Shown in pieces: positions 13,356 through 28,900 of a DNA stretch of 64,000 nucleotides. Every line of letters starts with the position of its first letter. Position 1 is the stretch's first letter. The notes beneath the pieces were generated by a model that searched no databases, had not been told where the DNA came from, and saw only the letters and a program-made list of their open reading frames with translations. The DNA comes from Eledone cirrhosa (taxonomy: Eukaryota): NCBI GenBank assembly GCA_964016885.1, contig OZ024741.1, positions 218,240,001 to 218,304,000 on the forward strand, written 5' to 3'. The position numbers and the translations under genes are program-made.

Positions 13356-13862
13356 ACAGGATATTCATTTACATTCTTATATACAAGTGTCTCTCACTAG
13401 GACATTACTCTTCCCTAAGGAGTAGTGGTCAATTTCGTCCACTTCCATTCCAAACATAGCTGCCCGTCTGTAAGAAAGTGGACAGCTTCATTAAGTCAAA
13501 CACAGCAACTAGTCAGATCATCATTAACTTATAAAAATGGACGTCATTTCTCGGCAAAGAAAAAAAAACCGCCTCCAAGTAGGCAAAACTTTGTCGCCTG
13601 CTTCTTTTTTTCTTTCATTTTTCCAGATTCCCAACACTGGTCAGTAATCTATATATGGTGGCTTCAGGACATGTGCAATTAAAATTCATTTTCCCAGTAC
13701 GTGAAAGGCTAACCTTGCTGAAATTAACCGTTCTTACAATTAGGCGTACTTGGTTTATTCTCTGCGGACAATGAAAAGAACCTATTTGCAGATCGGAGAT
13801 CGGAGCTGTAATTTTTCTCCGCCATCTTTCTCCTCATTTAGTATTTATGCTATTGTCAGATG

Positions 13863-15325
13863 ACACTACGACTATACAACAGAACTGTTATAATAACTGT
13901 TACAGTCCAGTCCACCCTATTATACAACAGAACTGTTATAATAACTGTTACAGTCCAGTCCACCCTATTATACAACAGAACTGTTATAATAACTGTTACA
14001 GTCCAGTCCACCCTATTATACAACAGAACTGTTATAATAACTGTTACAGTCCAGTCCACCCTATTATACAACAGAACTGTTATAATAACTGTTACAGTCC
14101 AGTCCACCCTATTATACAATAGAACTGTTATAATAACTATTACAGTCCAGTCCACACTATTATACAATAGAACTGTTATAATAACTATTACAGTCCAGTC
14201 CACACTATTATACAACAGAACTGTTATAATAACTGTTACAGTCCAGTCCACACTACTATACAACAGAACTGTTATAATAACTGTTACAGTCCAGTCCACA
14301 CTATTATACAATAGAACTGTTATAATAACTATTAGTCCCCTCACACTACTATACAACATAACTGTTATAATAACTGTTACAGCCCACACTACTATACAAC
14401 ATAACTGTTATAATAACTGTTACAGTCCACACTACTATACAACATAACTGTTATAATAACTGTTACAGTCCACACTACTATACAACAGAACTGTTATAAC
14501 TGTTAGCCCACACTACTATACAACATAACTGTTATAATAACTGTTACAGTCAACACTACTATACAACATAACTGTTATAATAACTGTTACAGTCCACACT
14601 ACTATACAACATAACTGTTATAATAACTGTTACAGTCCACACTACTATATAACATAACTGTTATAATAACTGTTACAGTCCTCACTACTATACAACATAA
14701 CTGTTATAATAACTGTTACAGTCCACACTACTATACAACAGAACTGTTATAATAACTGTTACAGTCCACACTACTATACAACATAACTGTTATAATAACT
14801 GTTACAGTCCACACTACTATACAACATAACTGTTATAATAACTGTTACAGTCCACACCACACTACTATACAACATAACTGTTATAATAACTGTTACAGTC
14901 CACACTACTATACAACAGAACTGTTATAATAACTGTTACAGTCCACACTACTATACAACATAACTGTTATAATAACTGTTACAGTCCACACCACACTACT
15001 ATACAACATAACTGTTATAATAACTGTTACAGTCCACACTACTATACAACATAACTGTTATAATAACTGTTACAGTCCACACTACTATACAACATAACTG
15101 TTATAATAACTGTTACAGTCCACACTACTATACAACATAACTGTTATAATAACTGTTACAGTCCACACCACACTACTATACAACATAACTGTTATAATAA
15201 CTGTTACAGTCCACACTACTATACAACAGAACTGTTATAATAACTGTTACAGTCCACACTACTATACAACATACTGTTATAATAACTGTTACAGTCCACA
15301 CCACACTACTATATAACAGAACTGT
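13863..15325. repeat. 48-bp to 43-bp minisatellite (CACACTACTATACAACATAACTGTTATAATAACTGTTACAGTC)
   Basis: About 32 tandem units. The unit shortens after ~14340. Confidence 0.95.
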
Positions 15326-15359
15326 TTCAACACTCCTCCACACATCACTACTATAGTAT

Positions 15360-15537
15360 AATTGTTTCTACTTTAGGCACAAGGCCAGCAATTATCCAGT
15401 GCATTACTGGTACTTTATTTTATCGACCCCGTAAGGATGAAAGGCAAAGTCAACCGCGGCGGGATTTGAACTCAGATCGTAAAGGGACGTAACTATGCTG
15501 GAAAGCATGGCGTCCGACCCTCTACCGATACTGCCAA
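15360..15537 (-). mobile_element. SINE copy (same family as 5309)
   Basis: Reverse complement of the 5309 SINE, near full length. Confidence 0.9.
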
Positions 15538-15569
15538 AGGTCCCGTAAGACGCGAAGGAGACTTAGTGA

Positions 15570-15692
15570 TGCCATATTGACATACTCAAGTGGTGTTTCT
15601 AGAGACGTAGGGGTGCTGTATTGACATACTCGGGTGGCGTTCCTAGAGGCGTAAGGGTGCCGTATTGGCATACTCATGTGGCGTTCCTAGGT
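15570..15692. repeat. 44-bp tandem repeat x~3
   Basis: GCYRTATTGACATACTC...GTGGCGTTCCTAGAG repeated. Confidence 0.75.
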
Positions 15693-16044
15693 ATTTTATG
15701 GCGGAGCCCTCCCCTCTCCAGGTTCTATACAACAACTCAAAAGCAACACCAATAGTCATCTTCTCTCTCTCTCTTTGAAATATATTTTGTCTGCTGTGTC
15801 TTTTACCCCTTTCTCAGCCACCCCTTGCATTTTGGTAGCATTGATGCCTTGATTGGTGTAAGGAAATGAATTCAAAAGTGAGTTTTTAACATGGTTAGTC
15901 TTATTTTGGAAACTAAACTCCAGCCTCGCCTCTCACTGTTGAGAAAATCCTTCTATAAATATTTCCATGGTCATACACCAAACATGATATAATAAAATAC
16001 TTTCACTCACTGCCTCCGTCATTCCCGCTCTCCCCATCTCACAC

Positions 16045-16260
16045 TATTATAAGCCCACGCTTAAATGGGGGACCACGCGCTGGTCACCCCGTGGCCCCGG
16101 CGGACAGAATAGAGAAGGCGTATTCCTGGAGGATGGTGAGGGAGACACGTTGGAGGAGCCATTCCAGCTGGCAAGGCTCACACCTGCGGGTATCCAACTC
16201 CAAGTCGATAGTGGTGAGTAGAGAGGTGGTCCTAGGGACAAGAACGCCAGAAGAATAAAA
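16045..16260 (-). mobile_element. CRE-like RLE non-LTR retrotransposon 3' fragment
   Basis: Minus strand ELDTRRCEPCQLEWLLQRVSLTILQEYAFSILSAG is homologous to 63466-63765. Confidence 0.75.
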
Positions 16261-16565
16261 ATGTGACCTCCCAGTGTCTCTATTGTCCAGATCTCTCTAC
16301 TATACTACAAGACTTAACAGTTTGACTGAAGCAGATCGCTAAAATAAGTTACAAACATGAAAAGAAATAAACGCTTTTGCGGTCTTCTCCGCAGGGCACA
16401 GCCCCAACACAGCCTCGCCCTAGGCCCAGAGCCCATCACTCCCTTCCCCTCCCAATCTTCTATGACCCTAGAACCCTTGCCTTTCCCTTTTTTTTCCGTT
16501 TTCAAATATTAATAAAGTTATTTGTATGGTTCTATTTTTATAATATACATGGTTCGATAATAAAA

Positions 16566-16943
16566 ACTGGGCTCCATAACTGGGCTCCATGACTGGGCTC
16601 AATGGCCGGGCTCCATGGTTGGGCTCCATGGTTGGGTTCCATGGTTGGGCTCTATAACTGGGCTCCATGACTGGGCTCTATAACTGGGCTCCATTACTGG
16701 GCTCCATAACTGGGCTCCATGGTTGGGCTCCATGGCTAGGCTCTATAACAGAGCTCCATGACTGGGTTCCATGGCTGGGCTTCATAACTGGGCGCCATGG
16801 CTGGCCTCCATGACTGGACTCCATAACTGGGATCCATGACTGGGTTCCATGACTGGGCTCCATGACTGGGCTCAATAACAGGGCTCCATGATTGGGATCC
16901 ATGACTGAGCTCTATAACAGGGCTCCATGACTGTGCTCTATGA
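16566..16943. repeat. 13-bp minisatellite (CTGGGCTCCATRA)
   Basis: About 28 tandem copies. Confidence 0.95.
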
Positions 16944-16944
16944 C

Positions 16945-19900
16945 TTACATAGACTCACAAAGACTCACATAGATTCACATAGACTCACATAGACTCACAT
17001 AGACACACATAGACACACATACACTTACATAGACTCACAGACTCACATAGACTTGCATAGACACACATAGACTCGCGTAGAGACACATAGATTACATCGA
17101 CACACATTGACTCACATAGACACACATAGACAGACATAGACTCACATAGACTCACATAGACACACATAGACACACACAGACACACATAGACTTACATAGA
17201 CTCACAGACTCAGATAGACTTACATAGACTCACAAAGAGTTACATAGACACACATAGACTCACGTAGACACACGTAGACTTACATAGACACACATAGGCA
17301 CACATAGACTCACCTAGACTCACATAGACTCACATAGCCACACATAGACACACATAGACTCACATAGACTCAAATAGACTCACATAGACTCACATAGACA
17401 CACATAGACATACATATACTCACATAGACACACATATACACACATATACACAATTAGACTCACATAGACTCACACAGACACACATAGACACATAGACACA
17501 CATAGACACACATAGACTCATATAGACACACATAGACACACATAGACTCACATAGACTCACATAGACACACATAGACTCACATAGACTCACATAGACTAA
17601 CATACACACATAGACTCACACAGACTAACATAGACTTACATAGACTGACGTAGACTTACATAGACTACCATAGACACACATAGACGCACATAGACACACA
17701 TAGACTCACATAGACTTACATAGCCTCACATAGACTCACAGACGCACATAGACTTACGTAGACTCACATAGAGTTACATAAACACACATAGACTCACGTA
17801 GACACACATAGACTTACATAGAGACACATAGAAACACATATACTCAATTAGACTCACCTAGACTCACATAGACTCACATAGACACACATAGACATATATA
17901 GACTCAAATAGAGTCAAATAGACTCACATAGACTCACATAGACGCAGATAGACTTACATAGAGTCACATAGACTCACATAGACACACATACACTTACATA
18001 GACTTATATAGACTTACATAGACTCACATAGCCACACATAGACACACTTAGACGCACAAAGACTTACATAGACTCACATAGACACACATTGATTCACTTA
18101 GATTCACATAGACTAACATAGACGCACATAGACACACATAGACACACATAGACACACATAGACACATATAGACACACATAGACTCACATAGACACTCATA
18201 GACACACAGAGACTCACAAAGACACACATAGACACATATAGACTCACATAGACACACATAGACACACATAGACTCACATAGACACACATAGACTCAGACT
18301 CACATAGACTCACATAGATACACATAGACACACATAGACTCACATAGACACACATAGACTCACATATACACAATTAGACTTACATAGACTCACATAGACT
18401 TACATAGCCTCACATAGACTCACATAGACACACATAGACTTACATAGACTCACATAGAGTTACATAGACACACATAGACTCACGTAGACACACATAGGCT
18501 TACATCGACACACATAGACTCAGATAGACACACATAGACATATATAGACACACATAGACACATATAGACACACATAGACTCACATAAACTCAAAGAGAGT
18601 CACATAGACTCAGATAAACACACATAGACACACATAGACTCACATAGACTTACATAGACTCACATAGACATGCATAGCCTCACATAGACACACATAGACA
18701 CACATAGACACACATAGACATACATAGCCTCACATAGTCACACATAGACACAGATAGACACACATAGACTTACATAGACTCACATAGACACACATAGACA
18801 CACATAGACTTACATAGACTCACATAGACTCACATAGTCACACATATACACACATAGACTTACATAGACTCACAGATGTACATAGACTTACGTAGACTCA
18901 CATATAGTTACATAGACACACATAGACTCACGTAGACACACATAGATTTACATAGACACACATAGAAACACATATACTCAATTAGACTCACATAGACTCA
19001 CATAGACACACATAGAAACACATAGATCCACATAGGCACACATAGACACACATAGACTCACCCAGACTCACATAGACTCACATAGACACACATAGACATA
19101 TATAGACTCACATAGAGTGAAATAGACTCACATATTCTCAATTAGACACACATAGACTCACATAGACTCACATAGACAGACATAGAGTCACATAGACACA
19201 CATAGACACACATAGATTTACATAGACACACATAGGCATACATTGACACACATAGAGGCACATAGAAACACATAGACTCACATAGACTCACATAGACTCC
19301 CATAGACTCACTTAGACACACATAGATACACATAAAGACACATAGACTCACATAGACTCACATAGACTCACATAGACTCACATAGACACACATAGACTTA
19401 CATAGTTACACATAGACACACATAGACTCACATAGACACACACAGACTGACATAGACTCATATAGACTCACATAGATTCACTTAGACACACATAGACACA
19501 CATAAACACACATAGATTCCCATATAGACTTACATAGAGTCACATAGACACACATAGACACACGTAGACTCATATAGACTCACATAGACTCATATAGACT
19601 AACATAGACATACATAGACACAGATAGACTCACACAGACACAAATAGACTCACATAGACTCACATAGAATTACATAGACTCACATAGACACACATGGACT
19701 TACTTAGACTCACATAGACTGACATAGACACACATAGACACACATAGACACACATAGACACATATAGACACACATAGACTCACATAGACACTCATAGACA
19801 CACAGAGACTCACATAGACACACATAGACACATATAGACACACATAGATACACATAGACACACATAGACTCACATAGACACACATAGACTCACATATACA

Positions 19901-22900
19901 CAATTAGACTTACATAGACTGACATAGACTTACATAGCCTCACATAGACTCACATAGACACACATAGACTTACATAGACTCACATAGACACACATAGACA
20001 CACATAGAGTTACATAGAGACACAGACGCACATAGACCTACGTAGACTCACATAGAGTTACATAAACACACATAGACTCACGTAGACACACATAGACTTA
20101 CATAGACACACATAGAAACACATATACTCATTTAGACTCACATAGACTCACATAGACACACATAGACACACATAGACATATATAGACTCAAGTAGAGTGA
20201 AATAGACTCACATAGACTCACATAGACACACATACACTTACATAGACTTATATAGACTTACATAGACTCACATAGCCACACATAGACACACTTAGACGCA
20301 CAAAGACTTACATAGACTCACATAGAAACTCATTGATTCACTTAGATTCACATAGAGTCACATAGATTCAAATAGACTCACATAGACGCACATAGATACA
20401 CATAGACGCACATAGACACACATAGACACACATAACTCACATAGACTCACATAGACTGATCTAGAGTGACATAGACTCACATACACACATAGACACACAT
20501 AGACACACATATACACACATAGACACATATAGACACATATAGACTCACATAGACACACATAGACCCAGAGACTCACATAGACACACATAGACACATATAG
20601 ATCACATAGACACACATAGACACACATAGACTCACATAGACACACATAGACTCAGACTCACATAGACTCACATAGACACACATAGACACACATAGACACA
20701 CATACACACATATACACACATAGACTCATCTAGACACATATAGACACACATAAACTCACATAGATTCACATAGACTCACATAGACTCATATAGACACACA
20801 TAAACACACAGAGACTCACATAGACTCACATAGACACACATAGACTCATATAGACTCACATAGACACACATGGACTCACATAGACTCACATAGACTAACA
20901 TACACACATAGACTCACATAGACTCACATAGACACACATAGACACACTTAGACTCAAAAAGACACACGCAGACATGCATAGACACACATAGAAACACATA
21001 GACTTATATTGACACACATAGACACACATAGACTCACATAGATACACATAGACTCACATAGTCACACATAGACACACATAGACACACATAGACTGACATA
21101 GTCTCATATAGACTCACATAGACTCACATACACACATAGACTCACATACACTCACATAGACACACATAGACAGACTTAGAGACACATAGACAGTTATAGA
21201 CTCACATAGTCACACATATACTCACATAGACTAACATAGACACAGATAGACTCAGATAGACTCACATAGACGAACATAGACATACATAGCCTCACATAGA
21301 CACACATAGACACATATCGACTTACATAGACTCTCATAGACACATGTAGACTCACCTAGACGCACATAGGCTTACATAGACTCAAATAGACTCACATAGA
21401 CACATATAGACGCACATAGACATACACAGCTGCACTTAGACATACATAGACGCACATAGACATACATAGTCACACATACACTCACGTAGACACACATAGA
21501 CACGCATAGACTCACATAGACTCACATAGACACACATAGACTGACATAGACAGGCATAGAGTGACATAGACTCATATACACACATAGACTCACATAGACT
21601 CACAAGGACACACGTAGACTCACATAGACTCACATAGACACACATAGATATACCTAGACACACATAGACTCACATAAACATACATAGAGATACATAGAAA
21701 CACATAGACTCACATAGACTAATATAGACACACATAGACACACATAGACACACATAGACACACATAGACACACATAGACACATATAGACTCACATAGACT
21801 CACATAGACACACCTGGACTCACATAGACACTTATAGACTCACATAGACCACATAAACACACATAGACTCACATAGTCACATATAGACACACATAGACAC
21901 ATATATACACACATAGATTCACATATTCACACATAGACTCACATAGACTCATATAGACTCACATAGGCTCATATAGACACACATAGACACACATAGATTC
22001 ACATAGACTCACAAAGACACAGATAGACTCACATACACTCACATAGACTAACATAGACATACATAGCCTCACATAGACACACATAGAGACACATAGACTT
22101 GCATAGACTCACAGAGACTCACGAAGTCTCACCAAGACTCATATAGACCGACATAGACTCACATAGACTTACATAGCCTCTCATAGACACATATAAACAT
22201 ACATAGACTTACATAGCCTCACATAGATACACATAGACACACAAAGACTTACATAGACTCACATACACTCACATAGACTCACATAGAGACACATAAACTT
22301 ACATAGGCACACAGACTCACATAGATTTACATACACTCACATAGAGTTATATAGATACAAACAGACTCACGTAGACACACATAGACTTACATAGATAAAG
22401 ATAGACTCATATAGACATACATAGACACACATAGAAACATATAGACTCATATAGACACACATAGACACACATAGACTCACCTAGGCTTACATAGACACAC
22501 ATAGACTCACATAGACTCACATAGATACACATAGAATCACATAGACACACATAGACACACATAGACTTACATAGACTCACATAGACACACATAGACTCAC
22601 ATACACTGACATAGACACACATAGACTCACATAGACACCCATAGACTCACGTAGACACACATGGACTCACATAGAGCCACATAGACACACATCGACTCAC
22701 ATAGACACACATAGACACACATAGACTCACACAGACACACATAGACACACATCGACTCAAAAAGACACACATAGACACACATAGACTCACATAGACACAC
22801 ATAGACTCAGATTCACATAGACTCACATAGACACACATGGACACACGTAGACTCACTTAGACTCACATAGACTCACACAGACACACATAGACACCGATAG

Positions 22901-25900
22901 ATTCCAATATACTCAAATAGACACACATAGACACACATAGACTCACTTAGACTCAGATAGACCCACATAGACACACATAGACACATAGATACACATAGAC
23001 ACATATAGACACACATAGACACATATAGACACACATATACACTCATAGACTCGCATAGACTCGCATAGACTCACATAGACACAGATAGACTCACATAGAC
23101 TCAGATAGACTAACATAGCCATACAGAGCCTGACATAGACACACATAGACACACATAATCGTACATAGAGTCAAAAGGCACACGTAGACTCACCTAGACT
23201 CACATAGACTTACATAGACTCACATACACACACATAGACTCACATAGACACACATAGACACACAGACTAACATAGACACACAGACTCACACAGACTTACA
23301 TAGACTCACATAGAGTTACATAGACACACATAGACTCACGTAGACACACATAGACTCACATAGACTCACATAGACTCACATAGACACACATAGACTCATA
23401 TACACACATAGGCTCATATAGACTCACATAGACTCCAATAGACTCACATGGACACATATAGACAGACATACACACATAGACTCATATAGACTAACTTAGA
23501 CACACATAGACGCACATAGACACACATAGAGACATATAGACTCACATAGACTCACATAGACACACATGGACCCACATAGACTCTTATAGACTCACATAGA
23601 CCACATAAACACACATAGACTCACATAGACTTACATAGACACATATAGACACACATAGACACACATAGACTACACTAGACTCACATAGACTTACATAGAC
23701 ACAGATAGACTCACATAGACTCAGATAGACTAACATAGCCATACACAGCCTCACATAGACACACATAGACACACATAGACGTACATAGAGTCACATAGAT
23801 TCACGTAGACACACCTAGACCCACACAGACTTACATAGACTCACATAGACTTACATTGCCTCACATAGGCACACATAGACACACATAGACTTACATAGAC
23901 TCACATACACTCACATAGACTCACATAGACACACATAGACACACAGACTTACATAGACACACAAACTCACACTGACTTACATAGACTCACATAGACACAC
24001 ATAGACACACATAGACTCACGTAGACACACATAGACTCACATAGAGACACTTAGATACACATAGACACACATAGACTGACATAGACTCATATAGACTCAC
24101 ATAGACGCATATAGACTCACATAGTCTCACATAGACACACATAGACTCATATACACACATAGACACACATATACTCATATAGACACACATAGACACACAT
24201 ATACTAATATAGATTCACATAGACTTATATACCTTCACATAGACACACGTAGACACACATAGACTCATATAGACACACATAGACATACATAGACACACAT
24301 AGACTCACATAGACACACATATACTCACATACACACATAGACACACATAGACTCACATAGACACACATAGACACACATAGACACATATAGACTCGCATAC
24401 AGACATATATAGACACACATAGACAGATATAGACAGACATAGACGCTCATAGACACATTGACACACATGGACACACATAGACACATATAGACTCGCATAC
24501 AGACATATATAGACACACATAGACAGATATAGACAGACATAGACAGACATAGACTCTCATAGACACACATAGACACACATAGACGCACAGAGACTCACAT
24601 ACACACACATAGACCTACATAGACACACATAGACTCACATAGACACACATAGACTCGCATACAGACATAGACGCACATAGATTTACATAGACACACATAG
24701 ACGCACAAGACTCATATAGACTCACATAGACTCACATAGACACACATGGACTCACATAGACATATATAGACTCACATAGTCACACGTAAACACACATAGA
24801 CTCCCATAGACACACATAGACTCACCTACACTCACATAGGTACACATATACTCACATAGACTCACATAGACGCACATAGACTCACTTAGACACACATAGA
24901 CACACATAGACATACATAGACGCATATACACAGACAGACACATATACACTCACATAGACACACATAGAGTCACATAGACTCACATAGACTCAAATGGACT
25001 TACATAGACACACATACACACATAGACTCACATAGACACACATAGACTCGCATAGACACAGATAGACACACATTGACTCACATAGACACACATAGACACA
25101 CATAGACACACATAGACACACATAGACAGACATAGACTCATATAGACACCATTAGATACACATAGACTCACATAGACTCAAGTAGACACACATAGATTCA
25201 CATAGACTCACATAGACTATCATAGACTTATATAGACACACATAGACTCACATAGACACACATAGACACACATAGACTTACATAGACTCACATAGACTCA
25301 GAGACTCACATAGACTCACATAGACTCACATAGATTTACATAGACTCACATAGACTTACATAGCCTCACATAGACAAACGTAGACACACATAGACTTACA
25401 TAGACTCACATAGACTAACATAGACTCACCTAGACACACATAGAATCACATAGACTCACATACACACACATAGACTCACATAGTCACACATAGACTCATA
25501 TAGACACACAAAGACTCACATAGATTCACATAGACTCACATAGACTCACTTAGACACACATAGACGCACATAGACACACATAGACACATATAGACTCACA
25601 TAGACCACATAAACACACATATACGCACATAGACACACATAGACTCACATAGACTCAGATAGACTCAGATAGACTCATATAGACACACATAGACACACAT
25701 ATACACCACTAGACTCACATAGACTCACATAGATAAAGGTAGACTCACAGAGATTCAGATAGACTAACATAGCCTTACACAGTCTCACATAGACGCACAT
25801 AGACACACATAGACGTACACAGAGTCACATAGACTCACATAGACTCACCTAGACTCACATAGACTTACATAGACTCACATAGATTTACATAACCTCACAT

Positions 25901-28900
25901 AGACACACATAGATTACATTGACACACATACACTCACATAGACTCACATAGACACACATAGACACACAGACTTACATAGACACACAGACTCACACAGACA
26001 TACATAGACTCACATAGAGTTACATAGACACACATAGACTCACGTAGACACACATAGACTCACATAGACTCACATAGATACACATAGACTCACATAGACA
26101 CACATAGACACACATAGACACACATAGACTGACATAGACTCATATAGACTCACATAGACTCACATACACACATAGACTCACATACACTCACATAGACACA
26201 CATAGACAGACTTAGAGACACATAGACAGTTATAGACTCACATAGTCACACATATACTCACATAGACTAACATAGACACAGATAGACTCAGATAGACTCA
26301 CATAGACGAACATAGACATACATAGCCTCACATAGACACACATAGACACATATCGACTTACATAGACTCTCATAGACACATGTAGACTCACCTAGACGCA
26401 CATAGGCTTACATAGACTCAAATAGACTCACATAGACACATATAGACGCACATAGACATACATAGCTGCACTTAGACATACATAGACGCACATAGACATA
26501 CATAGTCACACATACACTCACGTAGACACACATAGACACGCATAGACTCACATAGACTCACATAGACACACATAGACTGACATAGACAGGCATAGAGTGA
26601 CATAGACTCATATACACACATAGACTCACATAGACTCACAAGGACACACGTAGACTCACATAGACTCACATAGACACACATAGATATACCTAGACACACA
26701 TAGACTCACATAAACATACATAGAGATACATAGAAACACATAGACTCACATAGACTAATATAGACACACATAGACACACATAGACACACATAGACACACA
26801 TAGACACACATAGACACATATAGACTCACATAGACTCACATAGACACACCTGGACTCACATAGACACTTATAGACTCACATAGACCACATAAACACACAT
26901 AGACTCACATATTCACATATAGACACACATAGACACATATATACACACATAGATTCACATATTCACACATAGACTCACATAGACTCATGTAGACTCACAT
27001 AGGCTCATATAGACACACATAGACACACATAGATTCACATAGACTCACAAAGACACAGATAGACTCACATACACTCACATAGACTAACATAGACATACAT
27101 AGCCTCACATAGACACACATAGAGACACATAGACTTGCATAGACTCACAGAGACTCACGAAGTCTCACCAAGACTCATATAGACCGACATAGACTCACAT
27201 AGACTTACATAGCCTCTCATAGACACATATAAACATACATAGACTTACATAGCCTCACATAGATACACATAGACACACAAAGACTTACATAGACTCACAT
27301 ACACTCACATAGACTCACATAGAGACACATAAACTTACATAGGCACACAGACTCACATAGATTTACATACACTCACATAGAGTTATATAGATACAAACAG
27401 ACTCACGTAGACACACATAGACTTACATAGACAAAGATAGACTCATATAGACATACATAGACACACATAGAAACATATAGACACATATAGACACACATAG
27501 ACACACATAGACTCACCTAGGCTTACATAGACACACATAGACTGACATGGACTCACATAGACAGGCATAGACTGACATAGAATCAGATAGACACACATAG
27601 ACACACATAGACTTACATAGACTCACATAGACACACATAGACTCACATACACTGACATAGACACACATAGACTCACATAGACACCCTTAGACTCACGTAG
27701 ACACACATGGACTCACATAGAGACACATAGACACACATCGACTCACATAGACACACATAGACACACATAGACTCACATAGACACACATAGACACACATAG
27801 ACACACATCGACTCAAAAGACACACATAGACACACATAGACTCACATAGACGCATATACATATACAGACTCATATTGACGCACATAGACACACAAAGACT
27901 CACATAGAGTATCATAGACTCACATGGACTCACATTGATACACATACACACATAGACTCACATAGACACACATAGACTCACATAGAAACACATAGACACT
28001 CATTGACTAACATAGATACACATAGACACACATAGACACACATAGACACAAACAGACTCATATAGACTCCATTAGATACACATGAACTCACATAGACTCA
28101 AGTAGACACACATAGACTAACATAGACTTACATATACTCACATAGACTTACATAGCCTCACATAGACACACATAGAAACACATAGACGTAAATAGCTTCA
28201 TATAGAGACATAGACAAACATAGATTTACATAGACTCACATCGACTCACATAGACTCACATAGACACACATGGACTCACATAGACCATATAAACACACAT
28301 AGACACGCATAGACTCATATAGACACACATAGATTCACATAGTCACACATAGACAAGCATAGTCTTATATAGACTCAGATAGACTGATATAGACACACAA
28401 AGACACACATAGACTCCACTAGACTCACAGAGACTCACATAGACAAAGATTGACTCACATAGATTCAGATAGACTAACATAGCCTTACACAGCCTCACAT
28501 AGACACACATAGACACACATAAACGTACATAGAGTCACCTAGACTCACATAAACTTACATAGCCTCACATAAACTTACATAGCCTCACATAGACACACAT
28601 AGACACACATAGACTTACATAGACTCACATACACTCATATAGACTCACATAGAAACACATAGGCACACAGACTTACAGAGACACACAGACTCACACAGAA
28701 TTACATAGACTCACATAGAGTTACATAGACACACATAGACTCACGTAGACACATATAGATTTACATAGACTCACATAGACTCACATAGACACAAATATAC
28801 AAACATAGACACAAATAGACACACATAGACACACTTAGACATACATAGACTCACATAGATTCACATAGACTCATATAGATAGTCATAGACTGACATAGAC

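Noticed and set aside
13863-15325. CRISPR-like regular repeats (also 60526-62452 and 6060-6510)
   Set aside because: Units are head-to-tail with no unique spacers, there are no cas genes, and the context is eukaryotic
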